From assembly GCA_010093605.1 (NCBI GenBank), contig MU004188.1, positions 1,937,918 to 2,001,917 of the forward strand: 64,000 bases of DNA, written 5' to 3'. Below, piece by piece: positions 1 through 10,924 of the stretch (positions are counted from its first letter, which is position 1; every line of letters starts with the position of its first letter). A program made the translations under genes and the position numbers. Source of the DNA: Lophium mytilinum. Taxonomy: Eukaryota. A model generated the notes under the pieces. That model searched no databases, was not told where the DNA came from, and was given only the letters and a program-made list of their open reading frames with translations.

Positions 1-1
1 G

Positions 2-262
2 AAGGAATCGTTAAGGGGCGTCAAGCTCAGGAAGTCCTCTTCTTCTGCTTCGGCCGCAAAGCCCCAGATCGAGAAGATTGAGGAGAAGGTAGCTTCGAGC
101 ACATCAGTCGAGCAATCGAAGCCCAAGGCCTCCAGTCCTGCTGGAGGTGACAAGGGAAAGGCGTCAGCACTAGGAGCATCGCCCTCAGCATCACCGCCAG
201 TTCAACCACGAAAGCCATCAGTGTTGGGTCTTGCCAACTATTCTTCTGACGAAGACGACTGA
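2..262 (+). CDS. 3' end of a gene entering the window; possibly FAM192A/NIP30-like
   Basis: Open frame from base 2 reads KESLRGVKLRKSSSS...PSVLGLANYSSDEDD to TGA at 260-262. The family guess rests only on the C-terminal L-x-x-Y-S-S-D-E-D tail. Confidence 0.55.
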   Translation, partial: KESLRGVKLRKSSSSASAAKPQIEKIEEKVASSTSVEQSKPKASSPAGGDKGKASALGASPSASPPVQPRKPSVLGLANYSSDEDD

Positions 263-521
263 GCCGGACGAGTCATCATACGAACGATGCAGCACAAGGA
301 TGTAAAAGTCTATCCGGTATCAAGACGAAGAAAGATATTGGCGATACATAACTATAATATAATTCTGGATTCTAGGCCAACTTCAAGACACTATCCAACC
401 CAATTGCTCTTCCTCCCCACTGTAGAGCCTCTTGAAGATCGAGTCTCCGCTTTCATTCTAAACCGTGACCAAACACCTTGTAAACCCTACATCCTGATAC
501 CCCGCAAGAACCCACCCCAGT

Positions 522-1346
522 CTACCCAGTGAGATTGTAGATCTTCTGAATCTGACCCAACACCTTCACGAAATCGAGCTCCAGATCTTTCAGCAATCCA
601 TCCTTCATATCAAACACCCACCCATGCACAATCGGATACTGATTCTCCGAATAACTCTGCTGCACCGCCGCCGTCTTGATGATGTTGCGGCACTGCTCAA
701 GCACGTTCAACTCTACAACACGATCGCACCTCTTATCGGCATCTTTAATCTGATCCAGCTCCGTCTCATACAACCTATACACATCGCGGATGTTCCGGAG
801 CCACGGGTTCAAAATCCCCAAATCCTGCGGGGTCAACGCGGCCTTCACACCACCGCACCCATAATGCCCGCACACGATAATGTGCTTGACATGCAGATGC
901 TTCACGGCATAGTTGACCACGCTCATGACATTCAGGTCGGTATTAGGGACCATGTTCGCGATATTGCGGTGGATGAAGCACTCGCCAGGCCCCAGCCCCG
1001 TGATCTGCTCAGCGGGAACGCGCGAGTCGCTGCATCCGATCCAGAGGTAGTCAGGCTCCTGGCCAGACGACAGCTTATCGAAGAAAGCCGGGTTCTTGAC
1101 CTTCTGCTCGGCAGCCCACTTGCGGTTGTTCTCGAAGATGTGGTCGTGGTCGGCCTGCAGGTGCTTGGCGACGTCGGAGGGCGGCATTTTGGAGGACCAC
1201 CAGGATGCGAGGCGGCGGGTTTGGGCGGTGGTGCTAGCTGGGACTGGGATTGTAGAGAGAGGTGTGAAGCGAGGGGAGGGGGTGGTGGTCGGACGACGTT
1301 TTATATGGCGGAGGACTGATGACGGGATCAACCGTGGTTTCGACAT
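522..1346 (-). CDS. NCE103: Beta-class carbonic anhydrase
   Basis: Zn-ligand motifs IGCSDSRV and CGHYGCGG, plus HRNIAN. Intronless. The R/S/T-rich N-terminal extension resembles a mitochondrial presequence. Confidence 0.95.
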   Translation of the reverse strand: MSKPRLIPSSVLRHIKRRPTTTPSPRFTPLSTIPVPASTTAQTRRLASWWSSKMPPSDVAKHLQADHDHIFENNRKWAAEQKVKNPAFFDKLSSGQEPDYLWIGCSDSRVPAEQITGLGPGECFIHRNIANMVPNTDLNVMSVVNYAVKHLHVKHIIVCGHYGCGGVKAALTPQDLGILNPWLRNIRDVYRLYETELDQIKDADKRCDRVVELNVLEQCRNIIKTAAVQQSYSENQYPIVHGWVFDMKDGLLKDLELDFVKVLGQIQKIYNLTG

Positions 1347-1737
1347 TGGAGAGTGATTGGCTTGACCCGAGGTTGGGGAGGATGGATGGATGCGGTTGGG
1401 CGCCTGTCTCGGGTTATCACGATCTTGTTGAGGACTTCGCTAACAAAGTTTATGCGCCGTGTGACGCTCCGAGGAGAGGCTGCAGCCGTGGTTTTTGTTT
1501 TTCAGAGCGGGATCTCACGGCATCTTTGAGGAAGTCCGAGGCGGTCCCTGGCTTCGATTTATGTGCTTCCCTGGGTCTCAGGCGCCCCTATCCTTTCTAA
1601 TCATGTAATTTGGAAAGGTTACACGTTTTAGAGGTTGATGGGAGGGTAGCGTTACCTAATCAGGTCTAGCTTGTGTCTTCCACAAGGACTTCAATATTCA
1701 TCTTTCGACCAACAATATCGATGTTTAGCCATATAAG

Positions 1738-3454
1738 ATGCCACAGTACCTTGTCAGGCTCGCCCAAACGCATGAGAGCTTTCGCAAGGCTGAGCTGGAG
1801 GCTCTTGCTGAGCTAGCCGGCATAGATATCAAGTTTGACTTTTACGATGAAGACGTAAGGATTTTGCTGTCATACTCTTCCACTTCGATATGTGCATTTT
1901 CATTGAACGACTCTCACACATTTCCTCTTGTCTTTGGAACACTTTTCAACGTGCTTCCATCCAGTCCTTGTGGCGTGTGGCTATCAGTTCTCCATATTCG
2001 AGTCATACTCAACCGCAATGAAACCCCTAAATTCAATTTGCCAATGCGTCTAACCTCAAATCTCTATCTATACACATCTCACACCTTTTTCTATACGCAA
2101 ATTCTCAAACTAATCCAAACCCAGTCCCCCTTCTGCATCCTCGCCCTCCCATCCCCATCATCCGCCGCAACCCTAATCCACCGCAGCATCCTCTCCCTCT
2201 CCATCCACGAGCTCTGGGCCCGCGGCACCGACTACCCCTCCCTACACGCCTCCAACCACTTATCCTCCTCCACCTTCTGGCCCCCCCACACCACCTCCTC
2301 CTTCCGCTTCACCCTCGACTCCTACCGCGGCTCCCGCCCCAGCGCCACCCAACGCACCCTCATCGACAGCTTCGCCTACATGCCCCTAACCGGCCGCATC
2401 AAAATGTCCAACCCGGAGCTCTCCCTCACCATCTTCGAAGACTTCGCCACCGGCGCCACCGCCCCCCGCGCCCTCTACCTCGGCCGCCTGCTCGCCCTCT
2501 CCGGCCGCGCCGCGAAAACTACCTACGACCTCAAGAAGCGCGCGTACATCAGCACGACTAGCATGGATGCCGAGCTCGCGCTGGTCACGGCGAATATGGC
2601 GCTCGCGGCGCCGGGGAAGCTGTTCTACGACCCGTTTTCGGGCACGGGCGGGTTTATGGTTGCGGGCGCGCATTTTGGCGCGAGTGTGTGGGGGAGCGAT
2701 ATCGATGGGCGGAGTATTCGGGGCAAGGGGGGGAAGGCGAAGAGGGATGTGGTTAGTAATATGGTGCAGTATGGGCTTATGTCACGGTACTTAGATGGGT
2801 TTGTGGCGGATTTGACCAATTCGCCTATAAGGGGTGCGCGGGGGCCTGGGGAGGATGCGGCGAGGGGGGGTTGGTTGGATGGGATAATGTGTGATCCGCC
2901 GTATGGGGTGAGAGAGGGGTTGAAGGTGTTGGGGTTGAAGAGGGATCCGGGGGAGAATGGGGAGAGGTTGGCGTGTGTGGATCGGTATATGGAGGAGGGG
3001 TATATACCGCCGAAGCGGCCGTATAGTTTTGAGGCGATGTTGGAGGATATTTTGCAGTTTGCGGCGGTTATGTTGGTGGTTGGGGGAAGGTTGAGTATGT
3101 GGATGCCGACGGCGAATGAGGAGGGGGAGGATGGGGAGGGGCAGAAGGAGATAGGGATACCGATGCATCCGGCTTTGGGGCTGGTGAGCGTTTGTGTGCA
3201 GCCATTCAACAAATGTAAGCCGCCTTCTCTCTATCTTAAATAATGCTAACAGCGAGATAGGGTCCCGTCGTCTCCTCACATACCGCCGTCTCTCCTCAGA
3301 CGAGATATCACCAGAAGCCCTCAGCGCCATGGCATCGCGGAAAAAACGTGTTCACGGCAACGGCGAAAATGCAGACGATCTAAATGACTTCCGAAGAAAG
3401 TACTTCCAGGGGTTTAAGGAACCTGAAGCGGAACATACAGCTGATCGTCAGTGA
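1738..3454 (+). CDS. TRM11: tRNA guanine-10 N2-methyltransferase
   Basis: Motifs FRKAELEALA, YDLKKRAYISTTSMDAEL, YDPFSGTGG and CDPPYGVRE. Introns 1855-2124 and 3215-3260 restore KWSRRLLTYRR; stop at 3454. Confidence 0.93.
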
Positions 3455-3588
3455 GCTAAAAGTAGATACCCAGAACTAGAACGCTAAGTACAACTTCATC
3501 ATTCCAGCGTGACGGTTGTAAATATTCACCCAGTGTCGATGCGAGTTTGCGTTTTGACTAACCCTATCATGACTGTCAGGGGAGACTT

Positions 3589-4990
3589 CACGTGTCAATC
3601 ACATGCTCTCAAGTCTTGGCGGGCTTTTGCGAGTATAAAATCTTCTCAGATTGGTGTCTAGATTTCTTTCTCCATAGGTTGAGTTCTTTGGATCAAAAGG
3701 ATTGTACACGAAAGCCATGGAGGAGTTGGTGTGGACTGAGTATTTCAACTACACTCCGATGGCGCCTCTCATGGTGCTGGTGGGGACTGTGCTGTCCAAA
3801 AGAAAGAGGCAGCCAAGCATGGTTTCGGGGAGTGGTTTTGTCGGTGGCGTGCTCAAAAAGTGACGATAATGAGGAGCTTCTCTTTCAATCAATCCTTTAC
3901 CTTTCTACCATCCATCGTCGCTGACATCTACAAGCCCCTCTAATCATTCCATCTCATAATTCCTTAACCTCATTGCACATCACCATCTATCAAAATACTC
4001 TGCATCATCGTCGATTCCCCTTACTCGCCCACTCCACTCCCAACCCAAGCGCACTCCATCGAGCTCGCCTAAGAGTGTTGATGAAAGTCCACTCCTCCAT
4101 TCAACCTTCTTCTCGCCTCCGAGCCAGCCATATGCCAGTCGGACAGTTGCGTTCAACAAGCCCACACAGCCATGCGCAGAAGTTCTTCCACTGCTGATCT
4201 CCTCCGTCCCTCGTCCAGTGAAGAAAAAGTAACAGCTGCAACCGAGAAGTCTTTTATACCCGAGAAGAAATCTAAATCAGGTCACGTGGGATATCACATG
4301 CCCCTTTCCCACACCGCCAGGTTCCCCGCTTGGACGTCGAAGGCTAGATGAGTGGATGGGTAGTGGTCTCACGCTCACGGGATCGGGGTGCAGCGCACGT
4401 GCGACCAACGTAACACGGCAGTCGAGGGGGTATATAAACTTCTTCGCCGGCGAGGTGGAGGAGCATGGCAGAGGGAGAGTTGGAGAATCAACACATGCTA
4501 AGACTGGACCCAATGGTGTGGGGCTGGGTTGTGCAAGTGCCGCTATACGGTCTCTGCATGTTGCGGCTGTGGTGGGATATCAATCCCATGCACAATATCG
4601 TGTAATGGTGGCGGGCCGGAAGTTCGGAGGACGAGAGTGGTTCATCGATGATGCTAGTCGACAATGATCATGAATTCTAAGGAGCATTTCTAGTAGAATG
4701 TGATGTCTGATGTAGAATTTCACACGAGATGAGCTTTGAAGAAGGGGGGAGGGGATGGAGAGCATCACTACTATGCTGTTAAGTGACGCCGACCAACTAA
4801 ATTTCAACTTCCCAGCCATTTGGATCCGTCTCGGGTCTTTTTGCCAGATCCAATCCTTTCCAGCTCCCAGCCATCGGAAATCTCACTCCTTGTTGTTTAA
4901 TTTGACACCCTTGCCCGATTCCCTTGATGAAAAAGTAGAAACGGGAGCGAGAGACTCTTATATACGCTAGCGCAGCTCGGAGATCACGGG
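3589..4990. other. Cluster 1 of E-box/TATA-headed ATGG...YCAA array units (4 units: +,-,+,-)
   Basis: TATA boxes at 3634(+), 4258(-), 4431(+) and 4964(-). CACGTG at 3589, 4283 and 4396. ATGG/ATG elements at 3717/3771/3819 and 4465/4513/4558/4605. Confidence 0.6.
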
Positions 4991-5411
4991 CTGAAAACTC
5001 CTTTCGCCGACATCGCTTTGGTGAATGGGATTGCTGTGAGCGATTAGGAGGCGCTGACCTTGTGCGCGTTTTGTTTTCGGTTGTGACTATGAAGTATAAG
5101 AGTGATTAGTTTATCAATGCTTGAGCTATTTCTACCTATCTAATTCCCTTAAGCCAGTCTTGATTGAAGCTATCTAATGAATTTGAGCCTTGATAAATCA
5201 TGAAAGAACATCCATCCCGCCCTCTAGCTCTAACAGCAATAGAAAAGAACAGTCTAGAAGCTATCATCAAAGCCCCTTCAAGATCGAGCGTAACCTCGAA
5301 ACTAGTCCCCCATTCCAGCTCTTAGCGATATTGTCTAATCTATTTCGAACCCAGTAGCATCTAAAAGAAATAGAACATAAGGGGTGTAGCACAAGAAACC
5401 ATCGACAAAAC

Positions 5412-6708
5412 TCACCAGCCACACCCTTCGCATCCGTCACTCTTCTCCGCGCCCAGCAACGACTTCACCCCCTCCCCCACTCCCTCCGCAGCAACCTTCT
5501 CCTCCTTCCGCAGCTGAATCCAATAATACGCCTGGCTTTCCCGCTTCTCACATTGATGTCCGCACTCGCACTTGACTCCACGATCGCGATGGTGTCCGGG
5601 CTCGCACTCCCGCCTTCGCATATCCACCAGCACTTCATCGCGCTCGCATTCCTGCTTGCGCATAGTCCTGAGCATATCTGTCGCCCAAGCCGCGATGGCG
5701 TCTTCTCTGAGATACTCCGGGATAGCGTATGGCGTGAAGGTGGAAGGAATAGCGATAGGGTGGAGGAGGATCTTGAGTAAGTCATCTCCGGACTCCTCGC
5801 TCTCGAGATGGGCTTCCGATTCTTCGGCTTCGCTAAGCTGGCAGCAGAGGAATTCCATCTTAACGCTTTGTAAGCGCGGAACTTTGCGGACGAGTTCTTT
5901 GAGGGTGCTAGGGATGATGTCTAAAGCGGAGAGCTTAGTGTTGTTGAGAGAATGGTGGTGCGGGTGGAGAGTCAAAGAGCGGAGACTCGGGCAGTGCTGA
6001 GCAACGTAACGGATGGAGAGAGCGAATTTAGCAAGACGACCTCGATGCGATTCTTTGAAGGTGTCCAGCTCGCTGAAGGGCTTGGAAATGTAGGAGTATG
6101 TGTAGTTCGACACGCAGCCGATTTCGTCGGTGAGGGTGATGGATGTCATAACTTGGAATGGGAACGGGGAGAGGTTCCATTGGAAGGGACTGGTAGACTG
6201 CGTATTAGAGACACGTTGAGGATGAGTGTAAGGAAATGAAGTGCTTACGACTCCCACCCTCGCCAAAGCTTGTTTCCCAGTGGGAAGTCAAATACGGCTT
6301 CAACGTTATTCAGGAAGAGGGACCAGACGTCCATGGCGAAGAAAGTGTTTAGACACAGGACTGCGCGGAGTTCGGGCAGGGCTTCGTGCTCTACGACAGA
6401 GTATGTATGCTATCAGTCGGATCAGTGAGGGTTGAAGCTTCGAACATTTTAGGAGAGTAGCTTACGAGCTCGCCGGTCTCAGGGTACAGCACGTCGAACC
6501 ACGCTCGGCTGAGTGCCATCATCTCTTGGGTATGGAAGTTCACAGATTTCAGAATTGTCTGCCCTACCGCTGGACAGCCCCAAGAGAAGCTTTCGTACAT
6601 AACCTTACGCAAGATGGGGAATCCGAGGGACGAATAGACATGTTGGCGGAGCTCGGTTGGGAGCAGCTCAAGCCGGCTTGGACGATAGATCTTTGACTGC
6701 CTGGGCAT
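5412..6708 (-). CDS. Multi-exon F-box-like hypothetical protein
   Basis: N-terminal LELLPTELRQHVY resembles an F-box. A GTAAGC donor near 6465 and CTGAT..AG acceptor near 6410 give an open exon. The distal ORF contains CPSLRSLTL. Confidence 0.6.
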
Positions 6709-8108
6709 GGTGAGAGGAACTATATGCGTGGGGCTTTGGAGATATAAGGGTGCCTAGCAAGGCGATTGGAGGTCTATAGGAGGTCTATAGGAGATTGATG
6801 AGAATGCGAATGACTATTCTCATCGCAAGCTGGCCGAGGGTTGCGAAAAATCTAGAGGACACATTCGAGGATGGCTTTTTGATGGAACGGGATGGAGTTT
6901 GTAGACGGAAGGTAGTATGATTGCTGGATATCCGTTGTCACTGGCCATTTGTAGACATCGAAGTCCCCGTGAACCTTGGTTGCCCGACTAGGCAGCCATG
7001 ACGGTATAGCCATTCCCCTTGAACGAACACAAGACCTCAAGCAGTTTCCTAACTGAACGAGATGCCGCTATTCGAGCAGGAACGTTTTAAATTCGATGTA
7101 ATGGATACGATTCGAGATGCCATAGCTGACGGATTGAGCCACGTCCAACCTCTACGGTCAACGGGGAGAACATTGCCATTCTCAGGACCGTATTATGAAA
7201 ACATTCCATCAGATTCCATCCTCATCTAGAGAACCGACTGCATCCACGGTCTCGATGTCATGCGGAAAGCAGAAAATTGACGACGTGCGAGTCGGGCCCG
7301 CAGTGATACAAGGGCGCGTGGAACGCTCCCAAAGTTTCACTCGACAACACCGAAACCGCCAGGTATCCCTTTACGAGTTTCCTGAAATCATTCAATACTG
7401 AAATCGCTCGATTTAGCTAGCTGATGAAGTCAAAATTTTTGAAGATAGATCATATCGCGACAGGCAAAATCGAAACCTCGCGCCGATTTTTTGAAATCGT
7501 CAAAGCGATCCAGACAATGGCGGACAGGTGTGCGCAAGAAAATTACCGAGACCTCTTCCAACGGTTCAGTGACAGTTTTGCGTAAGAGTCTTCTTCGAGT
7601 CAGGAGTGTTCCATGGATGCGTGACCTCCTGACAAAAAGAGTCTGCAGCGACACCGAAATCGGTGAACAGATATCGTCGTTTTTCTTCTAGAAGATGCTA
7701 ACTGATGACGTGTCACGATGCAGCGGTTCATGGAGACGTGGGATTCGAAAGCTGGCCCAATTCGCGCCATGGTAGACTTTGCATGTCGGTTGAGATTTTA
7801 AAAACTGACGAGAAACTCCAGACAGTAGCGAAAAGGTAGGAATGAGGCAAGCAGCTGGTGCTGATCTGGGGGCTTGCGTATTGTTTTTGATTTTCTTGTC
7901 GTTGACACAGTGCTAGTTGTTCAGTGATGGTATATAGCCACAGTTAGTAACAAAACCACGAGATATCGAAGCTCCAAGGAGACCCTTCAGACAGCGTATA
8001 TGTGTCCTGACTCTGTTCCACGGTCAGTACAATGTTCTGCAACTCTTAACTGGTGCAAAACATTCAGCATGCCCTCCCCCCCAAGAGAGTCCCGATGCCT
8101 ACCTACCA

Positions 8109-8189
8109 CGGTACCTCTCCGACTCACCACCACAACCACCGGTTCCCCTTCGACTCACCATCACAATCACCGGTACCCCTTCGACTCAC
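8109..8189 (+). repeat. 31-bp minisatellite, ~2.6 copies
   Basis: Unit CGGTWCCYCTYCGACTCACCAYCACAAYCAC starts at 8109, 8140 and 8171 (last copy partial). Confidence 0.85.
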
Positions 8190-8399
8190 ACCCAATGCGT
8201 ACCACAAACAGCAGCGCACAGGCCGCCCCCCAGGACTATATAATCCCGTCCTCCCTCGCCCTCCCCTTCTCTTCTTCGCCGGATGGCTTTTTTTACAACT
8301 CAGATTTTAATCTCGAGCAAAAAAACCCATCCAGGCCCCGCGACTGTGTCCGGCTTAAACGCCGCTTTCGCAACCCATCTTCCTCCCAACCCATTCACA

Positions 8400-8876
8400 A
8401 TGCCAGGTAAGCTTCGCTTCTGGCGTAAGAAGCAGTTCCCTCTCCCTTCCTTGTCTGTTTCTCCTAAACCTCCGCCTTTACCCACTATTTCTTCAAGTCC
8501 CCCGAGTGGGCCAGGCCCCGTCACAGCCTGTGAGCGGCGGAAGTTGCAAGGGGACGAGGAGTTGTACTACGTGTGGAGCGAGAGTCCGTTGATGCGAGAG
8601 ATTGAGGCGATTGAGGCGGCGGCAGCGGCAGAGGCGGCGGCGACAGAGGCAGCGAGGGCGGCGATGAAATTGCACTTGGAGCGGATGGAGACTGACGAGG
8701 AGTATCGGGAGCAGGAGGCGAGGAAGTGGACGGCGGGTGCTGCTGCGTTGCGCAAGGCGACTGCGAACCAGCGAGGTGGCTTTATGTTTGATCATAAGGC
8801 CAGGGAGGAGATGTGGGCGAGGCGGGATAGGGAGGCGGCGGCGAGGGCGGCGAGGGTAGCGAATAAAACTTCGTGA
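8400..8876 (+). CDS. Hypothetical protein, Pro-rich N-terminus and Ala/Glu/Arg helical C-terminus
   Basis: CACA-ATG start context at 8400 inside ORF 8283-8876; coiled-coil-like composition. Confidence 0.45.
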   Translation: MPGKLRFWRKKQFPLPSLSVSPKPPPLPTISSSPPSGPGPVTACERRKLQGDEELYYVWSESPLMREIEAIEAAAAAEAAATEAARAAMKLHLERMETDEEYREQEARKWTAGAAALRKATANQRGGFMFDHKAREEMWARRDREAAARAARVANKTS

Positions 8877-9356
8877 TCTCTCAACTGGAACTTGCTTTTG
8901 AGTGACTTGTGACTTTTGTGACTTATTCTGCTTTTTTGTGAATATCTTCATTTTGTGTGTTTGTGGGTGTGTGGCCTTTTCGGTACCAAGAGTAGATGAT
9001 GTGTGTAGAGTTCTTGAAGATTATGTGCTACGCGATGTCCTCATGTGTAGCTTATAGTGACGACGGCGAGGTATGGGACTAGGGATTCTTCTGACTTAAG
9101 AGGCGGAAAAGGTCTACATCTGGTGCCTCATTGACGAAGCGGGTGCAAACAATGAGTGCTCTGCGTGTATTGATATTGGAGATCTCGGTATAATGTTAGC
9201 CCCTCAGCGTATCTACAACACCATGACTTTCGGGCCTTCATGTAACAAAAGCAGTGGCACCCACACACTCAGCTATACCAGCTTCCTCCCTCATCAATCT
9301 TGCTCACTGCTTACCGGTGTCAGGGCCACCCAACAGTCTAGCTGGATTCTGGCTGT

Positions 9357-10120
9357 GATGTCAAAAACCAGAACACCTAAACCAGAGCATCTAAGATCCC
9401 ATCATCTTGACACCCTCTGGCCACCGTCTGAAGGGTTCCGACATATCACAAGAGGTCCAGACGCAATGTCGAAAGCTGGAGAAGCTAAATCAGAGCACCT
9501 GCAATTGCACCATCCTAACACCTCCATGCCACTGTCTGAAGGACTCTGACGTACCACAAAGATCCAGACGTGATGTCGAAAGCCAGAGCACCTAAGTCAG
9601 AGCACCTCAAATGCCATCATTTTAACACCTCCATGCCGCCGTCTGAAAGGCGCCGACATACCGTAAAAATCCAGACGCGATGTCAAAAGCCAAACCAGCT
9701 GCATCAGAACGCCTAAGATCACATCAGTTTGACACCTTCTCGACGCCGTCTGTAGGACCCTCACGAACCATGAGAGATCCGGACGTGATGTCAACAGCCA
9801 AACGAGCTAAACCGGACCGCCCAGAACACCATCTTTCCAACACCTTCCGGCCACCGTCTGAAAGGCGCTGACATATCATAAGAGATCCAGACACGATGTC
9901 AAAAGCCAAAGCACCTAAGTCAGAACGCCTTAGATCCCATCATTTTGACAACTTCTTGACGCCGTTTGAAGGACCCTCACGTACCACAAAAGCCCCGGAT
10001 GCGATGACAAAAGCTGGAGCAGCAATATTAGACCGTCTGGGATTCTATCATCCTGAGGGGTTCACGACGCCGTCTGAAGGACCCTCACAAACGATGGGAG
10101 ATCTGAAAGCGATGTCAGAA
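9357..10120 (+). repeat. Degenerate 107-108 bp tandem repeat, 7 units
   Basis: (G/A)ATG(T/A)C anchors at 9357, 9465, 9572, 9679, 9787, 9895, 10003 and 10111. Conserved CCGTCTGAAGG-like and ATCCAGAC-like blocks. Confidence 0.9.
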
Positions 10121-10430
10121 TTCCGGGGTCGTGAATGAGCGCAGCTGACGAGCAGTAGCGGGGTCGATGTGCATGCCTCGGGCACGAGATCGGACGGGGA
10201 TCGAACGGATAGCGACAGCTCTGGTGGTGGCTTCTGTCGTGCTTCAGATTGCTGCTAGACGTCGACGTACGATATAGAACGTGCAAGCGTGAGAATTGGA
10301 CGAGGTTCGAGACGAAAGACAAACATCCGGCTGGCGGCGTCTGGATACCTTCAGAGGAACTTGATAGAGTTGAACGGATGAACAGAGCGCGAGGATGGAT
10401 ATTGGAAGGGGTTAGATGATGAGAAAGGAA

Positions 10431-10628
10431 CTTGATGACAGTGTCTGGCTTGCGTCGGTGTGCTCAGTTTATGGAGAAGAGATTCGCATGGCTCGGTTGT
10501 GGAAATTGAGACATGGGATCAGACGGTAAGAAAGTATCTTGACGACGGTGTCTGGCTTGAGCCAGTGTGCTCAGAACATTGTGGAAGGATTTGCAAGGCT
10601 CGGACGTAGAAATTAGGATGTGGAACTA
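10431..10628 (+). repeat. Two-copy 107-bp degenerate duplication
   Basis: CTTGAYGACRGTGTCTGGCTTG...GTGTGCTCAG...GGCTCGG...GAAATT at 10431 and 10538. Confidence 0.8.
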
Positions 10629-10924
10629 GAGTTGGGAAAAGACATTATGACAATGGAAGGAGGGCTTCAGCATGCTAAACAAGATCGCGGATCGACGCAC
10701 ACTTCTGGAACATCGAAATCGGACGCGAACTGAAAACACTAGAAACACACATGCTGACGGCGTCAAAGGCACCTGAACACACGCTGCCAAACACCAAAGA
10801 ATGGATTGAAACTTCACAACAATTACAAAACATACTCAATCTACCTACCAACGCCACGCTATAGCCCAGACACAACTAATGCCTCAGCACAAAGCAACCC
10901 CATCCAATTTCAAGCCACCACCTA

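Noticed and set aside
624..1319. 231-aa antisense ORF over the carbonic anhydrase, and similar shadow ORFs over other genes
   Set aside because: By-product of codon bias on the coding strand.
5100..5400. TA-rich stretch suggesting a RIP-mutated transposon remnant
   Set aside because: No terminal repeats or transposase similarity; consistent with an AT-rich 3' region.
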